Shown piece after piece: positions 26,738 through 38,828 of a stretch of DNA of 64,000 bases (position 1 is the first letter of the stretch; each line of letters starts with the position of its first letter). A program made the translations under genes and the position numbers. This DNA comes from Phoronis australis (Eukaryota > Animalia > Phoronida): assembly GCA_002633005.1 (NCBI GenBank), contig NMRA01000823.1, positions 1 through 64,000 on the forward strand, in the 5' to 3' direction. The notes under the pieces are model-generated. The model had not been told where the DNA came from. It made no database searches and saw only the letters and a list, made by a program, of their open reading frames with translations.

Positions 26738-27903
26738 CAGCCGATTTCATAAAGGTGGTTTAACAAAACCAGCTTTAAGACTTAAACCTGGTCTTCCTAA
26801 ACCTGGTCTAATTTTAGACCTAACTTGCATTTCACCAACATGGTTTAAAAGTCTGAAAGCCTGGTTTTGCTAGACCAGGGAGCTGGTTCAGTAGAACCAG
26901 GTTTAAAGTATCAAAGGCACCCAACTGTGTCGAGCTAGGTAAACCCAACAAAGAAATTATTGAAGTGTTTCAATGAAACCTTGATCACGTGGGTATAGAA
27001 TGGCATACACCAGTAGAATCAGTGCAGACATTAGCGACAAAGGTCTAAAAGCTTTTCTCATGAGGAAAAATGTTATTTGTGTGCCCAACACACACACATT
27101 AAAGAACATGCTGATGATTAGATGTAAAATGATAAATGCCCAAATTTATTTCCGTGTTATTTTAGTGTTTATTTTCGCGGCCAAAGGGGGGAAAGACCCT
27201 TCCCGGCAACATTGAATCGGAGAACAGTGGAGGTGGAACTCAGAAGAATCAGAGGATGCTGTCTTAAGTCAAATCCGTAGGGCTTGTGACAATGAGACCT
27301 GCTCGACCAGTCGTATTCTGAGGAATTCGCAGGAGACACTCCAGCAGGTACTGGTCTACGCATAGGCGGATCCAGGGGGTCAAGGGGTCCGGAGCCCCCT
27401 TTTTCCCTTGATTTTAATGATATCAAATCTATAATTTTCAAATTGTTGATTGGTCCCCCTTTCAAAAAGTCCTTGACCGTCCGCTCCCCTTTAAAAAATC
27501 CTGGATCCGCCCCTGCTACGTTCGATCTCGTGTCGTAGTAAACCTGCATGAATATTGGAAATAGTCCATTTTCGCTTTAAAACTGCGTCGCAATTGCACA
27601 CCGTGACATCGTCCAGTTGTACCTATATCATGCAAGTCTGACATATTTAACAGTTAAACCTGAGTCTGACCAAGTCTAAAGTTAAACATAGTTTAAGATC
27701 TTAATACAGGTCTAAAGGATATAGACCTCGTTGGTGAAATGAAAACTGACTTAGACCAGGTCTAAACTGGAGTTAAACCAGGTTTTACAAGACCACTGGT
27801 CTGAAAGTTAAACCACCTTTATGAAATGCAGATTATCATTAAACCTGGTCTAAGTCCAGTTTAAACCAGGTTTAACTTTAAACCACCTTTATGAAATCGG
27901 CTG
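26738..27903. mobile_element. PIF/Harbinger-like non-autonomous element, TSD CTG
   Basis: Perfect TIR cagccgatttcataaaggtggtttaa / ttaaaccacctttatgaaatcggctg. ctg occurs at 26735-26737 and 27904-27906. Subterminal arrays of aaaccaggttt/agacctggtct motifs. Inserted in the hAT transposase. Confidence 0.85.
27361..27515. mobile_element. MITE with 5-bp TSD CTACG, nested in the Harbinger-like element
   Basis: cataggcggatccagg...cctggatccgcccctg. ctacg occurs at 27356-27360 and 27516-27520. Confidence 0.9.
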
Positions 27904-29300
27904 CTGGTGGTCAACTGCTGCGAGAGGTTGTTTAGGAAGGGTTTTCGCACCGTTCTGTAGTACTCACTGGAAGAAACGAAACAAGTATTGAGTTCAAATT
28001 TAACTACGCACTACGTGAAATAGATTTTGGATATGAAGCAGATACATGTAGACTCAAGTGGAAATACAAACCAGAATCAGTTTCTGTGTGCTCGTAGACC
28101 CTCTGTTGTATTGGGTAAATTTGACATGTCCAAAAATAATTTCTATTTCGTTTTCATTGTACACAAGCATAAAAAACCGACATTATTACAAACTGTGTAG
28201 AATTATAATTTATTACCCGGGTATTTCTCCAGGAACGTTGGCCCTATCTTTCTGTTGTCTCGACTGCCGAGGAATCTGTACATCAGATCCAATGGTTTGC
28301 TCCTTTTCAGAACCATTCTACCTAGATATCTGCGACGTTTGTTCCCAACACTTGCCCTTCGTCAACTGCTGTGTCAATGAGCCTGTACGCCTCTACAATG
28401 TCAGCATGTCGTTTCGCAGCTCAGTTGGCACTAAGTCCCCTCAGGTTACCAAGTCCATTCAAATACAGCGTGCGCAACTAAATTTGATCTGTTCATCATG
28501 GACTACTTCAAACCTTGACGATGTATCCCAGGACCCATTTGCATCTCTTGCAATTTTCGAAATAAACGTCCCAATGTCTGAAGGCTTGAAACCCGAAGTA
28601 CTAACATCAAATAAATGCCGATGGGCATGGGCGTTTCGTTGGGTGGGCCTTTTTGCGGAAATTCCCAGAATAGAAAACGGCAGTGGTACTTATTGCAGGT
28701 AGAAAGACGGCAGGTGTTGAGGTCGGCACTAGGGCTCCTTAGGAGGCCTACTGAACATCGCACGAGTCCCGCAAAACTTTGTTGTGAATATACAGCCTCC
28801 CCGCAATTTCTGATATTGTACACTGTTCGCGAATGCGGTCACTTGTCAATGTGAGTGCCCCCTTCGTCATTCCTTGTATAGACATAAAACTTAGAGTGCA
28901 TCTTCAAACAGACTCGCGACCAGACCACTGCGCCCGCCACAATAACAATTCTTCGGAAAACGAGTTTTTTTCAAAAGTAGTACATGTACATGTACACTGT
29001 ATGATATTACGCAAGACAACTTTACTATACACGTACACCAGTCAAATTCGAGTTACAAACATGTGGGGTGTAATAGGATGACACGGCATGACAAATGAGG
29101 TAAAAACGTTGCACGTCAGTTCGCCTGAATATCAGGGTTGCGGCACCACAGTATTTCCCCTAAACAAATCAAAACATAATTATCTTAGAGTAAAGAAACT
29201 ACTTTCCTAAAGAAATCAGCTATAGAGCTGCTTTATCAGCGGTGGATCCATCTAAAATGCTTGGCTACTTCAGAAGTGTCGACGGAAGCGCGCGCTCAAT

Positions 29301-31720
29301 GGAGCTATTCGGAGAATTCTCCTCGCGGTGTCGCTGCTGTACTAGTGGGGATTGAATTGCGCATGCGTCGCTGTCTGCATGTAAACAGCTGGTAAAAAGA
29401 CGGATTGTTATCAAAATATGTCGTCGTGCAAAGCCTTAGTATTGCTATTTTCCCTGGTGCAAGTCTTCGACAGGTGGTCACAAATTACCAAAAGACATAA
29501 GGTTACTACATTCGTGGAGCATTGCGGTCAAAAGGGTCAACCAACTGACAAAAAGTGTGTGTATGCCGAAGGCGTGTTTTCTTTTATAATTTGCTGATAT
29601 TTCTCTGACTTTTCTGTTATAGGTGAGAGAAAACGACTGAAACCGGCCGCCTGACTGTCTATTTTACTTTTGGACAAAGTGAAAAGCAATCCTTCAGCAA
29701 TAACCTGAGAGAACTGAATGTAATTCAGAAATTCAGCCCTTGATACAGTATGCCTGATTATGGACTCCATTGCGTGGGAAAATTACAAATGTTTTTAACA
29801 ATGTTGTTTCTTTATATACTTTTCTGGCATGTGGAACTTTTGTTGTGGACAAGTTAACACAAAACTTAAAAGTGTTCCTATGCCTTCTTAAGAAAGCTCT
29901 TAAAATAATTACACACACAAACAAATCAAATGCAAACAAAGGGAACACTTCATTTTGATCGCTGCACATTTCTAGAGGTCAACAGAAAAACGACAATTCT
30001 CAAGCGTAATCGCTAACCATTTCAGCTTTATAAAGAATAAGCACAACTGCACTGCATGGGGCTTTAAAACTTAGGAAATATTGTGGTTTCAATAATTAGT
30101 GACAAACTTGCCTGTTGATAAAAAATTTATTAGATCATCAAAGTGTAACATTAACGGGTTTTCTACTCACAGTAAGACAATCAATGCAGTCACTGAATGT
30201 CATTTCCCCATAATATGTACCAAATTGAAAAGTTGTTTTTACCATTAGTATAAAGCCTTTCTTCTGAAAGGAAAAGTAAATGTCACTCAGTAAGAAAGGA
30301 CAGGTATTTATATCAGAGATCTAGTTTCAATAGCCTATACAAGCGCTTGTAAAAAGGTCCAGTTTCGGCGCGTGGCTGTCCTCCAGGTAACCTCATTCAG
30401 CCTCAATTAGATCCTTGAAGGTAAACACAACAGCATATCACTTGACTCGTTGTGCCCAAAATCTGACCCTGAACTAGACCAGAGTGTCACTACGTCTTCT
30501 TTAGCTTCAATCCAGCATGTTTCTTCCAGGAAAAGAAATAAGCTATTGTCCACACATGACTTATTCAGTGGCAGATCTACGATTTCAGTAAGGGGGGGTT
30601 TAGGATTCGAAAGAATCCGAGGCGCGTAGCGCCGAGGAGAAGGAAGGTCGCAAGAGGGTTTCCCTCCTCCCGTGTAAGATTTTTTGGGATTTTTAGTAGC
30701 TAATTTCGTTTCTCTGGCGATTTTTTTCCACTTTTTATTTTTGATCCTGTCCCGAGGGGGGGGGTTAAACCCCCTGAACCCCCCCTGTAGATCCGCCTCT
30801 GTTATTGCCTATGAAAGGGCATCATCACCAACGAGGCTGACTTGTGTAGCAGTCAGATATAGTTCCTCTTCATACACAAACAACACGATGTCTTATGGTA
30901 ACTTCGTACTGCGATTCACATTTCACCAGGGCCACTGACATGTACATTGTGCCATGCAGCACTAATAGTGTGTGGAAATGCTGTGGGAAGAGAAAGGAGT
31001 AACAAAGCTTGTTCGTTGTCTCCGATGAAGAAAGTAGGCTTTAACAACAGATCTTCACTGGATGGGAAGATCTTGCTGGTTAGCTGCAGTTAACTGCTTA
31101 AAACCATTTTTGTCCATTTAGGGTCTTTGCAGAAGCGATGCATATCACCTCTGATTTTCATTTCAACGTGTAATAAATTTCCGGAAGGCACAGGATAGGG
31201 AGTAAACAAATAGTCAAATGGATATTAACGTACCCTTTGCCATGGCATTGGGCTTGGATTGTAATCTCACTAACCAATATCGAGTTAAACACTCAGCATT
31301 CATTGATGTAACTGTCACTGGTAAACCTGTTAGAAATCATTCCTAAGAATAATACTGCTTTGATGTACGAAAAGATCCCGAGAGCTACGTCAAGTATATA
31401 TCGTAACACGCATAACAACACACAAAGATTAACCCGACTAGCGACTGCAGCGAAGTCGCCATCGGCGAGTATCTCAGTTAACAGGCATCAGTATAATAAA
31501 CATGGGATTACCGTTAAAATAATCACAAACCTTACCTTTGTATAAGGTCGTGCTTACTTTCTCTCATAGAAGCACCCTTTTCACGCAATCTCAGATTCAG
31601 TTGGCACTCCGACAAGCCTTTTCACCATGTATTTAAAGGGCTCGCGAAATCGAGGCTGTTAATCTGTCACCAATAGTACACGCGCGCCCTCTAGTTAATG
31701 TAAATTTTCCGAATAGCCCC
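29301..31720. mobile_element. ISL2EU-like element, internally deleted, TSD AT
   Basis: TIR ggagctattcggagaatt / aattttccgaatagcccc, with AT on both sides within a CAATTG target. The + strand has a THAP remnant YCYFPWCKSSTGGHKLPKDIRLLHSWSIAVKR (29440-29535). The - strand has a SAP-like LRLREKGASMRESKHDLIQR ending at a GTAAG donor (~31536-31594). Confidence 0.7.
30566..30801. mobile_element. MITE with 5-bp TSD TTATT, deletion derivative of the enclosing hAT family
   Basis: cagtggcagatctacgatttcagtaaggggg...ccctgtagatccgcctctg. ttatt occurs at 30561-30565 and 30802-30806. Both ends resemble the 25690 and 31969 ends over tens of bp. Confidence 0.9.
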
Positions 31721-31986
31721 ATTGATCTCCGGGGTTTTGCCGATGAGCCACGAAGACTGACTCGAAATGCAATTCACAATGCAAAAAAAAAATATTTTCA
31801 GAGTGAAACCCGAACTCCTGTGATTTTTTCCAAGTTTTTTTTTACTTGGGGTTTACACACGCTGGTGCCGTTTTTGTTTTGCTGGAGACGTTTTTGTTTT
31901 GCTTTAAATTTTTGGCTCCTGGCCCGAGGGGGGTTTAAACCCCCTGAACCCCCCGTAGATCCGCCACTGATATCATGAATCATTCC

Positions 31987-32092
31987 TATATAAAGGCGGG
32001 CGTGAGAACGAGTGCGCAGACAACCATGGAACAGTGCGGGTAGACGTCTGATTTGTCAAGCTCTAGTTAACTTCTCAAGAAAAGCCGTAAGT
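31987..32092 (+). promoter_or_regulatory. Candidate TATA promoter and short first exon
   Basis: TATATAAAG at 31987, a CA(+1)GA initiator-like site at 32018 (31 nt downstream) and a GTAAGT donor at 32087. The paralog keeps TCAGA (37256-37260) and GTAAGT (37338). Confidence 0.4.
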
Positions 32093-32587
32093 AAAGAAGT
32101 CATGTGTAGACCAGCCGAGCAGTCAGTAAAATGCCGAATTGGGACCATCACTGCGGGAGGATGATAAGCAACAATTCATGAACTCGCTCAGCAATGACAT
32201 TTTTATAGGGATGGAGCTGGTGATGTTAGCGTTGACACTCACAGGGTTGTTTTGTTGTGATAAAAACGGATTGGATAGTACGATCCCTACTTACTGTGGG
32301 TAATACTGAGAATTTTTTGTTAACTTATTTTTACAATGACTAAAAGGCGCATGTTGGTGGTACTTTAGGCAACCCCTTAGTCGGCTGGTTACATGTACAG
32401 TCATACATGTGTATATAGGGCCTTCGTATGCATCTGCGGCATACAGGCTTATTGCCTACGATTACATTTACGTGCACTAATCTTCGTTATAACTTAATGA
32501 CGTAAGTAGACCTAGCTTTAGTGAACTACGTGCATATACTCGTCTGCTCTCCGTAACCCTGAAGTTAGTTTTCAGAAAATACAGACT

Positions 32588-33190
32588 GAGGTTAGGCTGG
32601 GTCGCTATAGTGCTGGTCCCTTCCCATCCAATCCAGTCCCGCTTTCCACTTCGTCACACCTTGCCCTCATCCCTAAATCTCAACATAACAGTTTTCGTCT
32701 CATTCATAACCTATCCTATCCATCTCGTTACTTTAACTCAGTTAACTCCCTCATTCCCCCTCAGTTCTCCCATGTCCAGTACCAATCCATCACGGACGCC
32801 TGGTTCAAAGGTTTGGACGCCACTCCCTCATGGCTAAGACTGACATCAAGGACGCCTTTCGCATCGTACCGGTGCACGCTGACGACTACCACCTGATGGG
32901 ACTATCCTGGACCAACAACTTCTACTACGACAGGTGCCTGCCATGTGGCTGGGCCTCCAGCTGCAACATCCTCGAGAGGGTCAGGTCTGTGATTCAATGG
33001 ATCCTGGAAACCAAGCTGAATGTCGCCGACGTTTCTCACAACATGTACCTCGATGATTTCTTTTTCGTGGGCCACCCATCCTTGCCAACATGCTCCCGGG
33101 ACCTCGCCGCTATCATATCACTCTGCGACACCCTAGACATCCCTATCAACCACGACAAGACGATTCAGCCGACCATCTCCATCACCATTA
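32588..33190 (+). mobile_element. DIRS/Ngaro (tyrosine-recombinase retrotransposon) reverse transcriptase fragment
   Basis: EVRLGR..AGPF, LALIPKSQHNSFRLIHNLSYP, VQYQSITDA, then MAKTDIKDAFRIVPV...YYDRCLPCG...YLDDFFF...KT. Frameshifted and truncated. Confidence 0.85.
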
Positions 33191-33191
33191 T

Positions 33192-33875
33192 GGCGTTTAT
33201 TCCATGCCCATCTTGCAGAGTCTTATTTAGTGCTATCTATTTACGTCATAATGACATTATTAGCAACCCTCTTCTTTTTAATTGTTTTACTCTGCAACGT
33301 AGCTCGTGGCGTACCCCAGGCAAAATAGATTATGATAAATTAAATTTAAGTTGTTAAATGCATTTATCGGCATTATTTTGACATTTGTCACTTCATTTTG
33401 ATATCAACCCGTAGGGTTTATTTTTCATTACTCGTCTCTATTTATAGCCTCAAAGGTCTACTTTTGTATTCATTCAATTCTCTACGCTACACCTGATTGG
33501 ACACCCATAATTCCTTTGTTCATTTCCACGTGATCTAGCTCACTCATCCACCTACCTCGTCTTCTACAAGACCGTTCGTTCCCNTGTTCCACTTTTTTCT
33601 TTTGCTCATATACATGTACAATACCTGTTAGGTAGTTTCAAGTTTTGTGTTCATGTTCTGTACTTTTTCTTTTCGGCCCTTCAGGAAGTTCTTTTATTTC
33701 GGTTCCCTCTTTCAGGGCTATTCATTTTACTCGCCGGTGGGCGTTGTTTCCATGCCCATCTTGCAGAGTCTTATTTAGTTCTATCTATTTACGTCATAAT
33801 AAATGACATTATTCGAAATCCTCCTCTTGTTTTACTCGGTAACATAGCTCGTGGCGTAATAGATTACGAAAAATA
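33192..33875 (+). repeat. Pair of ~140-bp direct repeats (33192-33340 and 33740-33875) after the RT fragment
   Basis: Both copies contain ttccatgcccatcttgcagagtcttatttagt.ctatctatttacgtcataat ... tagctcgtggcgta ... aatagatta. Confidence 0.9.
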
Positions 33876-34293
33876 TAAGACTCTATTCGGATTACAATAC
33901 CGTATCGACTACTTAAAAGTAATGAGAGCATATTTAAAGGGGCATTTCGTCTCTGATGCATGTAATGTGTCAATGCAGTTGCATTTTAGCAGAAGAGCTT
34001 TGGGGTTTGAAACTATTATCGTGCACAGCCGATTTTGAATTGTTGCCGAAAGAGCCGGGAACTCAATCCAAAGGCTTTCAAAATAGATTATAGATTTCAG
34101 TCTACTCGCATCAGGTTGGTTAATATTGAATGTCACAGTCATTAAATGGCTTATCGACCTGTTGAACCACCTACATTGTAGATCGATTATGAAATAAAGT
34201 TTATCAAGTAGCGGTCTTCAATAATTTTCGCTGTCACTGAAGGGTCCCATATTATCAGAAAATGTATATGGTTGTTATTTACACTGTTCTTAA

Positions 34294-35198
34294 GGAGGCA
34301 TTACAAACTTTGCTTTCTGTCAAAAACTATTTTTATTTAAGCTACCTAATTAAAGCTGATAAAGTTATCTTGCCTTTCTCCTTACGCTGCTTAAGGTTCC
34401 TGAAGTACAGTAACATGCATTTTTAATGTAAATTAATCGATGAATAAAGTCTATATCAGAAATCGCATCTTTGTAACTCTGTCACATTTTTGTAAAAAAG
34501 CGTTTTTCCAATGTTAATTCCCATTGGTTAACGCGCGTCTGACGTCACTGAGGCTGTACCGTGGATAAAGGCAATAAGATATAGCAAGCTAATTATGTAT
34601 ATAGCTCATTGGGTGACTGCCTCTTGGCTACAGAACTGTTCTTAATGTATATAATTCGTCTGCGATCTCGGCTATCAAAAGTTTATAATACAAGTTTACT
34701 GCCGTGTAGTGATGACTATTAGTGGAGCGATGCCGTTCTCTGGGCCCCGACTGCGTAGTTGCCTTGGTGCAAGCTGTACACACAGTGCTACTGGTACCTA
34801 GTTGTATTTTGAAGATAGTCTTCATACAGTAGCTGGCTGGCTTGGCCCTCGGATGAATCAGTCACAGGAAAGAAAAACGAAAAAGGTTGTGAGTATGCAC
34901 ATGTTGATCTGTCGACTGGACTACGTACTCGCACGGCTGATGACCTGTATCTCTTTGTGCTGTACATCCTCAGTGACGTCACGAAAAACAGCGCTCGCAG
35001 TGGGTCTTTATGGAACTGATAAATTTTTACTGTTCTAAACAAAAAAGAAAAATACTGTGCACTATTTAGAAATATGTGTATGCCAGTAACCAACCTTTAT
35101 ACTTTCAAAATTCATACTAAAATGCTGAAACATGTAGTTCAGACTTTTTAAAAGCGATACCTGGGCTCTGAAAGACGTGCCAAATTTGTAATGTCTTC
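34294..35198. mobile_element. Degenerate Kolobok-like non-autonomous element
   Basis: TTAA then ggaggcattacaaactttgc, with an inverted copy gccaaatttgtaatgtcttc (16 of 20 match). The right-hand TTAA is not preserved. Confidence 0.45.
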
Positions 35199-36699
35199 GA
35201 ATTAGGTCATGACCTTTCGGTAACGCCGTAGCTCTCATTTTCCCAGGCTAAGAAATTCAAATGTATTTTGACTTACGGAAAATTTGAGACCGTGTTTAGC
35301 TTAAAACGAAACTTCATTTTTTGACAGAAAGCCCTGGTTTATTGGCGCCTTAAATTTTGAAAACAGGACAAACAGACCAGAACTATAATAGGTATTTCTG
35401 ATGCTCTGATAATGTTCAATACACAATTCTACATGTATGGTTTCGTGTATCATATTGATGGAATTAAATTGAAAGAGTGAAAATAAAGACACTTTTTCGA
35501 GATATATCGAATAAATTTCAAAACGTTGGGATTATGTCATCTTCAGCATATCCAAGATTGCCATAAACTCGTCTTCTTTTTGGGAACCCACCTACATGCC
35601 TGTATACACTCAATTTCAAGGAGATTTCAGTAAGCTGTCGCACACTGTTGTCGGTAAAATGGATTACTGCTTAAGATCGGCCACGTTTCCACGAAGTCCA
35701 GCACAGAATCTCTTAGCCTTCGATGCAAACAAAATGCATGTCTTCGAATTGTATTATTAAACCCTACATCACCCTGGAATCGGTTGACGAGCAAAACAGA
35801 GATCTAAAAGATAACAGCAAACTTCTTCAATAATCTGAAAGTCTCTGTGTCCGTACCATCCTTAATATTCTAGAGATGACAACATAAAATTATGGTTCAG
35901 TGTTGTATTACTATTCACTATGTATCTTCAGAGAAATTCGCATTTTATTGTCAGTTCTCCATACCTGATGAAGGTAGTTTATCAGTAGTTCTCCACCATG
36001 CTAGTGCGTATGCGCTACGAATGCTCAACTCGAAACCGTGCACTCGTGTATAACGCTGTGCCATGTATCTATCACATGCCACTCACAGAGGAAATCGTTT
36101 GTAAAGAACTAATCAATTAAGGAAATTGGATACCTAAGTTCACATTTCTTTAAATGTCTTTTAAAATACATGTACAACTTGTCATCTCATGAATCTATAA
36201 TAATTTCAAATCCTTGATGACCCAAAAATAATGCCTTATTGTTTGTAGTCATTTGATTTAGTTTTTTTTCCAAGTTCTGAGCGCGATATAAACTGCGGAT
36301 GCCACTACTTTACATATTTCGCACGGAACTTCTGACTTAGATCTCACTCGATAAGCAGAATCTCGAGAATAATTTAAAAATAACAGCAAATTCTTGTCAA
36401 GCATTTATTGGGTTAAAAAGTAAAATGGCAAGGACTGGAGTTGGATGCCACGAGATGGCTGCTGAGAGTGCCGTTTGTAGTGGCCATCGGCTGTGGGGTA
36501 TATTTGGTGTGAGCGCAGTGGAGTTTTGGGACGCGCGTATGATTTGTACCACGATTGCTGGCCGGGTGTTTTGGTGGTCCGGGACTGAAGTTAAATCAAA
36601 AATGGAATTCAGAAGCCCAGACAAGGACCTAGGGTTTAATATTGATGCTCGAAATCAAAAGTATTTTTAACATCTTCCGTTTTTCTCTAAAACATTGAC

Positions 36700-37730
36700 T
36701 GTTCTTATCAACGAGAGTCACCTGTAATGAAGTCACAAAAGAAACGGGATTATTTTGTTTTATAGCTCTTGTCAAGGCTTATACATTTGAAAAGTCTGTT
36801 CCATTCAACGGCCATATCCAAATCGATTTTTTCTCTTTAAGTGACACGAAAGCCCACCCAGTCGTTTTGGTGGTAATTTTATGCAGCGTGTGCTTACAAG
36901 ATCCCTTAAAGCTTCCACAAAAGCGCTGATTACCCACATGTATTGACATATGCATTCTTAATAGGATAATTTGCACATTTTGAAACATGGGAAGCATAAA
37001 CGCAGAAACCTTTTTACAAGACCACGTGACTTCCGCAAAGAAAGTAGAGAGATGGGTGTTCACAGGCAAATAGAGCCTTTCAAGGACAAAGACGAAATTA
37101 TGTGTTTACTAATTAGTATTTTCATTAGATCTATAAATTCTCCTCTTTTAGGCATGGCTGTCAATAAACCAACACGTCGATATGTTATTTCATTGACTGT
37201 TTACTTTACCTCACTTGTTCGAGTCGATCACAAAAAAGCCTACGAGATCAAAATCTCAGACAACCATTATAGCTGTTACAGTTAAGAGATTTTGACTAGG
37301 CGTCTGATTTGTCAAGCTCTTGTTAAAATTTTATGAAGTAAGTATAACAATTATTTATGTAAAAACATGCAGGTCTATCAAATGTATGAAGTCTAGTCTA
37401 GTCAAGTAGCCAGAAAAAACACCTGAGCCGGGAGCATCTAAGCGTGATAAAAATACATTTTACTTGCTCGCTCAGTGGCGCCATTATTTCACGGATTCGA
37501 ATAATGCCGATGGCGTTTGCTCTTTAACAAAGAATTCAAAAAGCATTTTTAGATCTGTTTACTGGGAAATCAAGATTCTGCCAGATTATACAGATGTATG
37601 CCACGTTCAGTTTATCGAAAAAAATGCAGAAATTAAGTTGCATTTTAACAATAATGGCGTAAGGAAATTTTGTAAAAGTTATGAGGGTCAAAAGATAAAA
37701 GTTGTTGGCGTCGACGTTCAAATTCACTAA
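36700..37730 (+). repeat. Old paralog of 25220-25689 joined to 31970-32245 (local duplication)
   Basis: Colinear shared blocks: tcacctgta, agacca.gtgact, caataaaccaacacgtcgatat, cagacaaccat, cgtctgatttgtcaagctct.gttaa, gtaagta, ctcgctcag. Confidence 0.75.
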
Positions 37731-38828
37731 CCTTTGTTTTAACTTTAACTTCTAAGTAGACCTAACTTAAGTACTTGATTTCGTTTCATTGTAATGTTTG
37801 CTGCTGTAGACTACTGTTTTATTTGTTTCTTTCATTATGTTTACAATACAATTTTCTTTTACTGAATTAAAAACATGTTTTTTCAAGTTTTGGTTGCAGT
37901 GTGAAGCAAAGTAATAATTACAAATATGTAGATCTGACTTTCAAGATTACTTGTTCAAATCATTCTAACTTGATATACTTGGCAGTTGATCAAAATCGTT
38001 CTTGGCTTCTAAGTGTTACAGATTTTCTGATGACCTATATAGTGAGGTCGTGATATTTCAGAATTTCATTTGCCCCATCCCGGGCCCGATTTATTTTGGT
38101 GCAGTGGTGCTATTGACTGGAATTGGACTGTTAGTGAGTATCATTGATCTGTGTGATGACTTATCCGGGCGTGCGTTCAGTAACGCTGGGACCTACGCTA
38201 GGACCCAGTTAAAATTTAGTCCATTACGGCATTTTCCCGTTGCTCCCAACTTGTTCAATTCTATAGCCCAACAATAAGTTGGGAAGATGACCACTGTAGC
38301 CAATGTCTTACACGACTGATTAACTCCATTCAGGCATTTACATGTAGAGTTGGAGGGCCAGCTCTCTTTTGTTCGATAATTGCTCTAATCTCCAATGTGA
38401 TCGTATCTATGACTGGGCTGTGCTGTTAACACAAAAGTTAAGTTATAACTTAGTTGAACATAAACCAATGGCATTTCTGAATTCCTCGTCAAATGCTGAC
38501 CATGTTTAGTTGCGAATCGCCAAAATCGCCCAACTACATGTACAACCGAAGTTACGACGATCTATTCTTTTCGAACGCTCTGGGTTTGACAGAGTTCACC
38601 TGTGGTCAGTAATAAGCCTCATAGATAATTAGCCTGACTGTTGTCATACTAGACAAAAGACTGTGTTGGAAGTTAACAAAGGAGCCAGATGTTATCACAC
38701 ACTCACAACACTCTACGTCTTGTAAAGTCACTGAACGAGAGAACGCCGTCATGAAAAGTCACGTGTTCTCGCTAAAAATACACGACCATGTCTCACGTAA
38801 TCTCGCGAAGTCTTGCTTATAAGCGAGG

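Larger units (their letters stand above)
26080..28885 (-). pseudogene. hAT transposase remnant (PRKRIR/THAP12-like lineage)
   Basis: Minus-strand fragments in order: QGMTKGA...RLYIH (compare QGYDGA...YIHC), GLGNLRGLSAN*...ADIVEAYRLID, IPRQSRQQKDRANVPGEIP, an apparent GT-AG intron, EYYRTVRKPFLNNLSQQLTTR (compare EYYRRxxxIPFLDxLxxQLxxRF), then a degenerate dimerisation-domain segment (SFASFSRNKT...SGLT, PRR). Confidence 0.75.
25690..31969 (-). mobile_element. Decayed hAT DNA transposon, 6.3 kb including nested insertions
   Basis: Perfect inverted ends cagtggcggatctacg / cgtagatccgccactg. Subterminal regions match those of MITE 30566-30801. Contains a hAT transposase remnant. The left and right flanks are contiguous in the paralogous segment 37150-37330. 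TSD not preserved (gctcg/atatc). Confidence 0.8.

Noticed and set aside
28058-28702. 214-aa plus-strand ORF
   Set aside because: It is the antisense shadow of the minus-strand hAT transposase remnant and has no recognisable domain.
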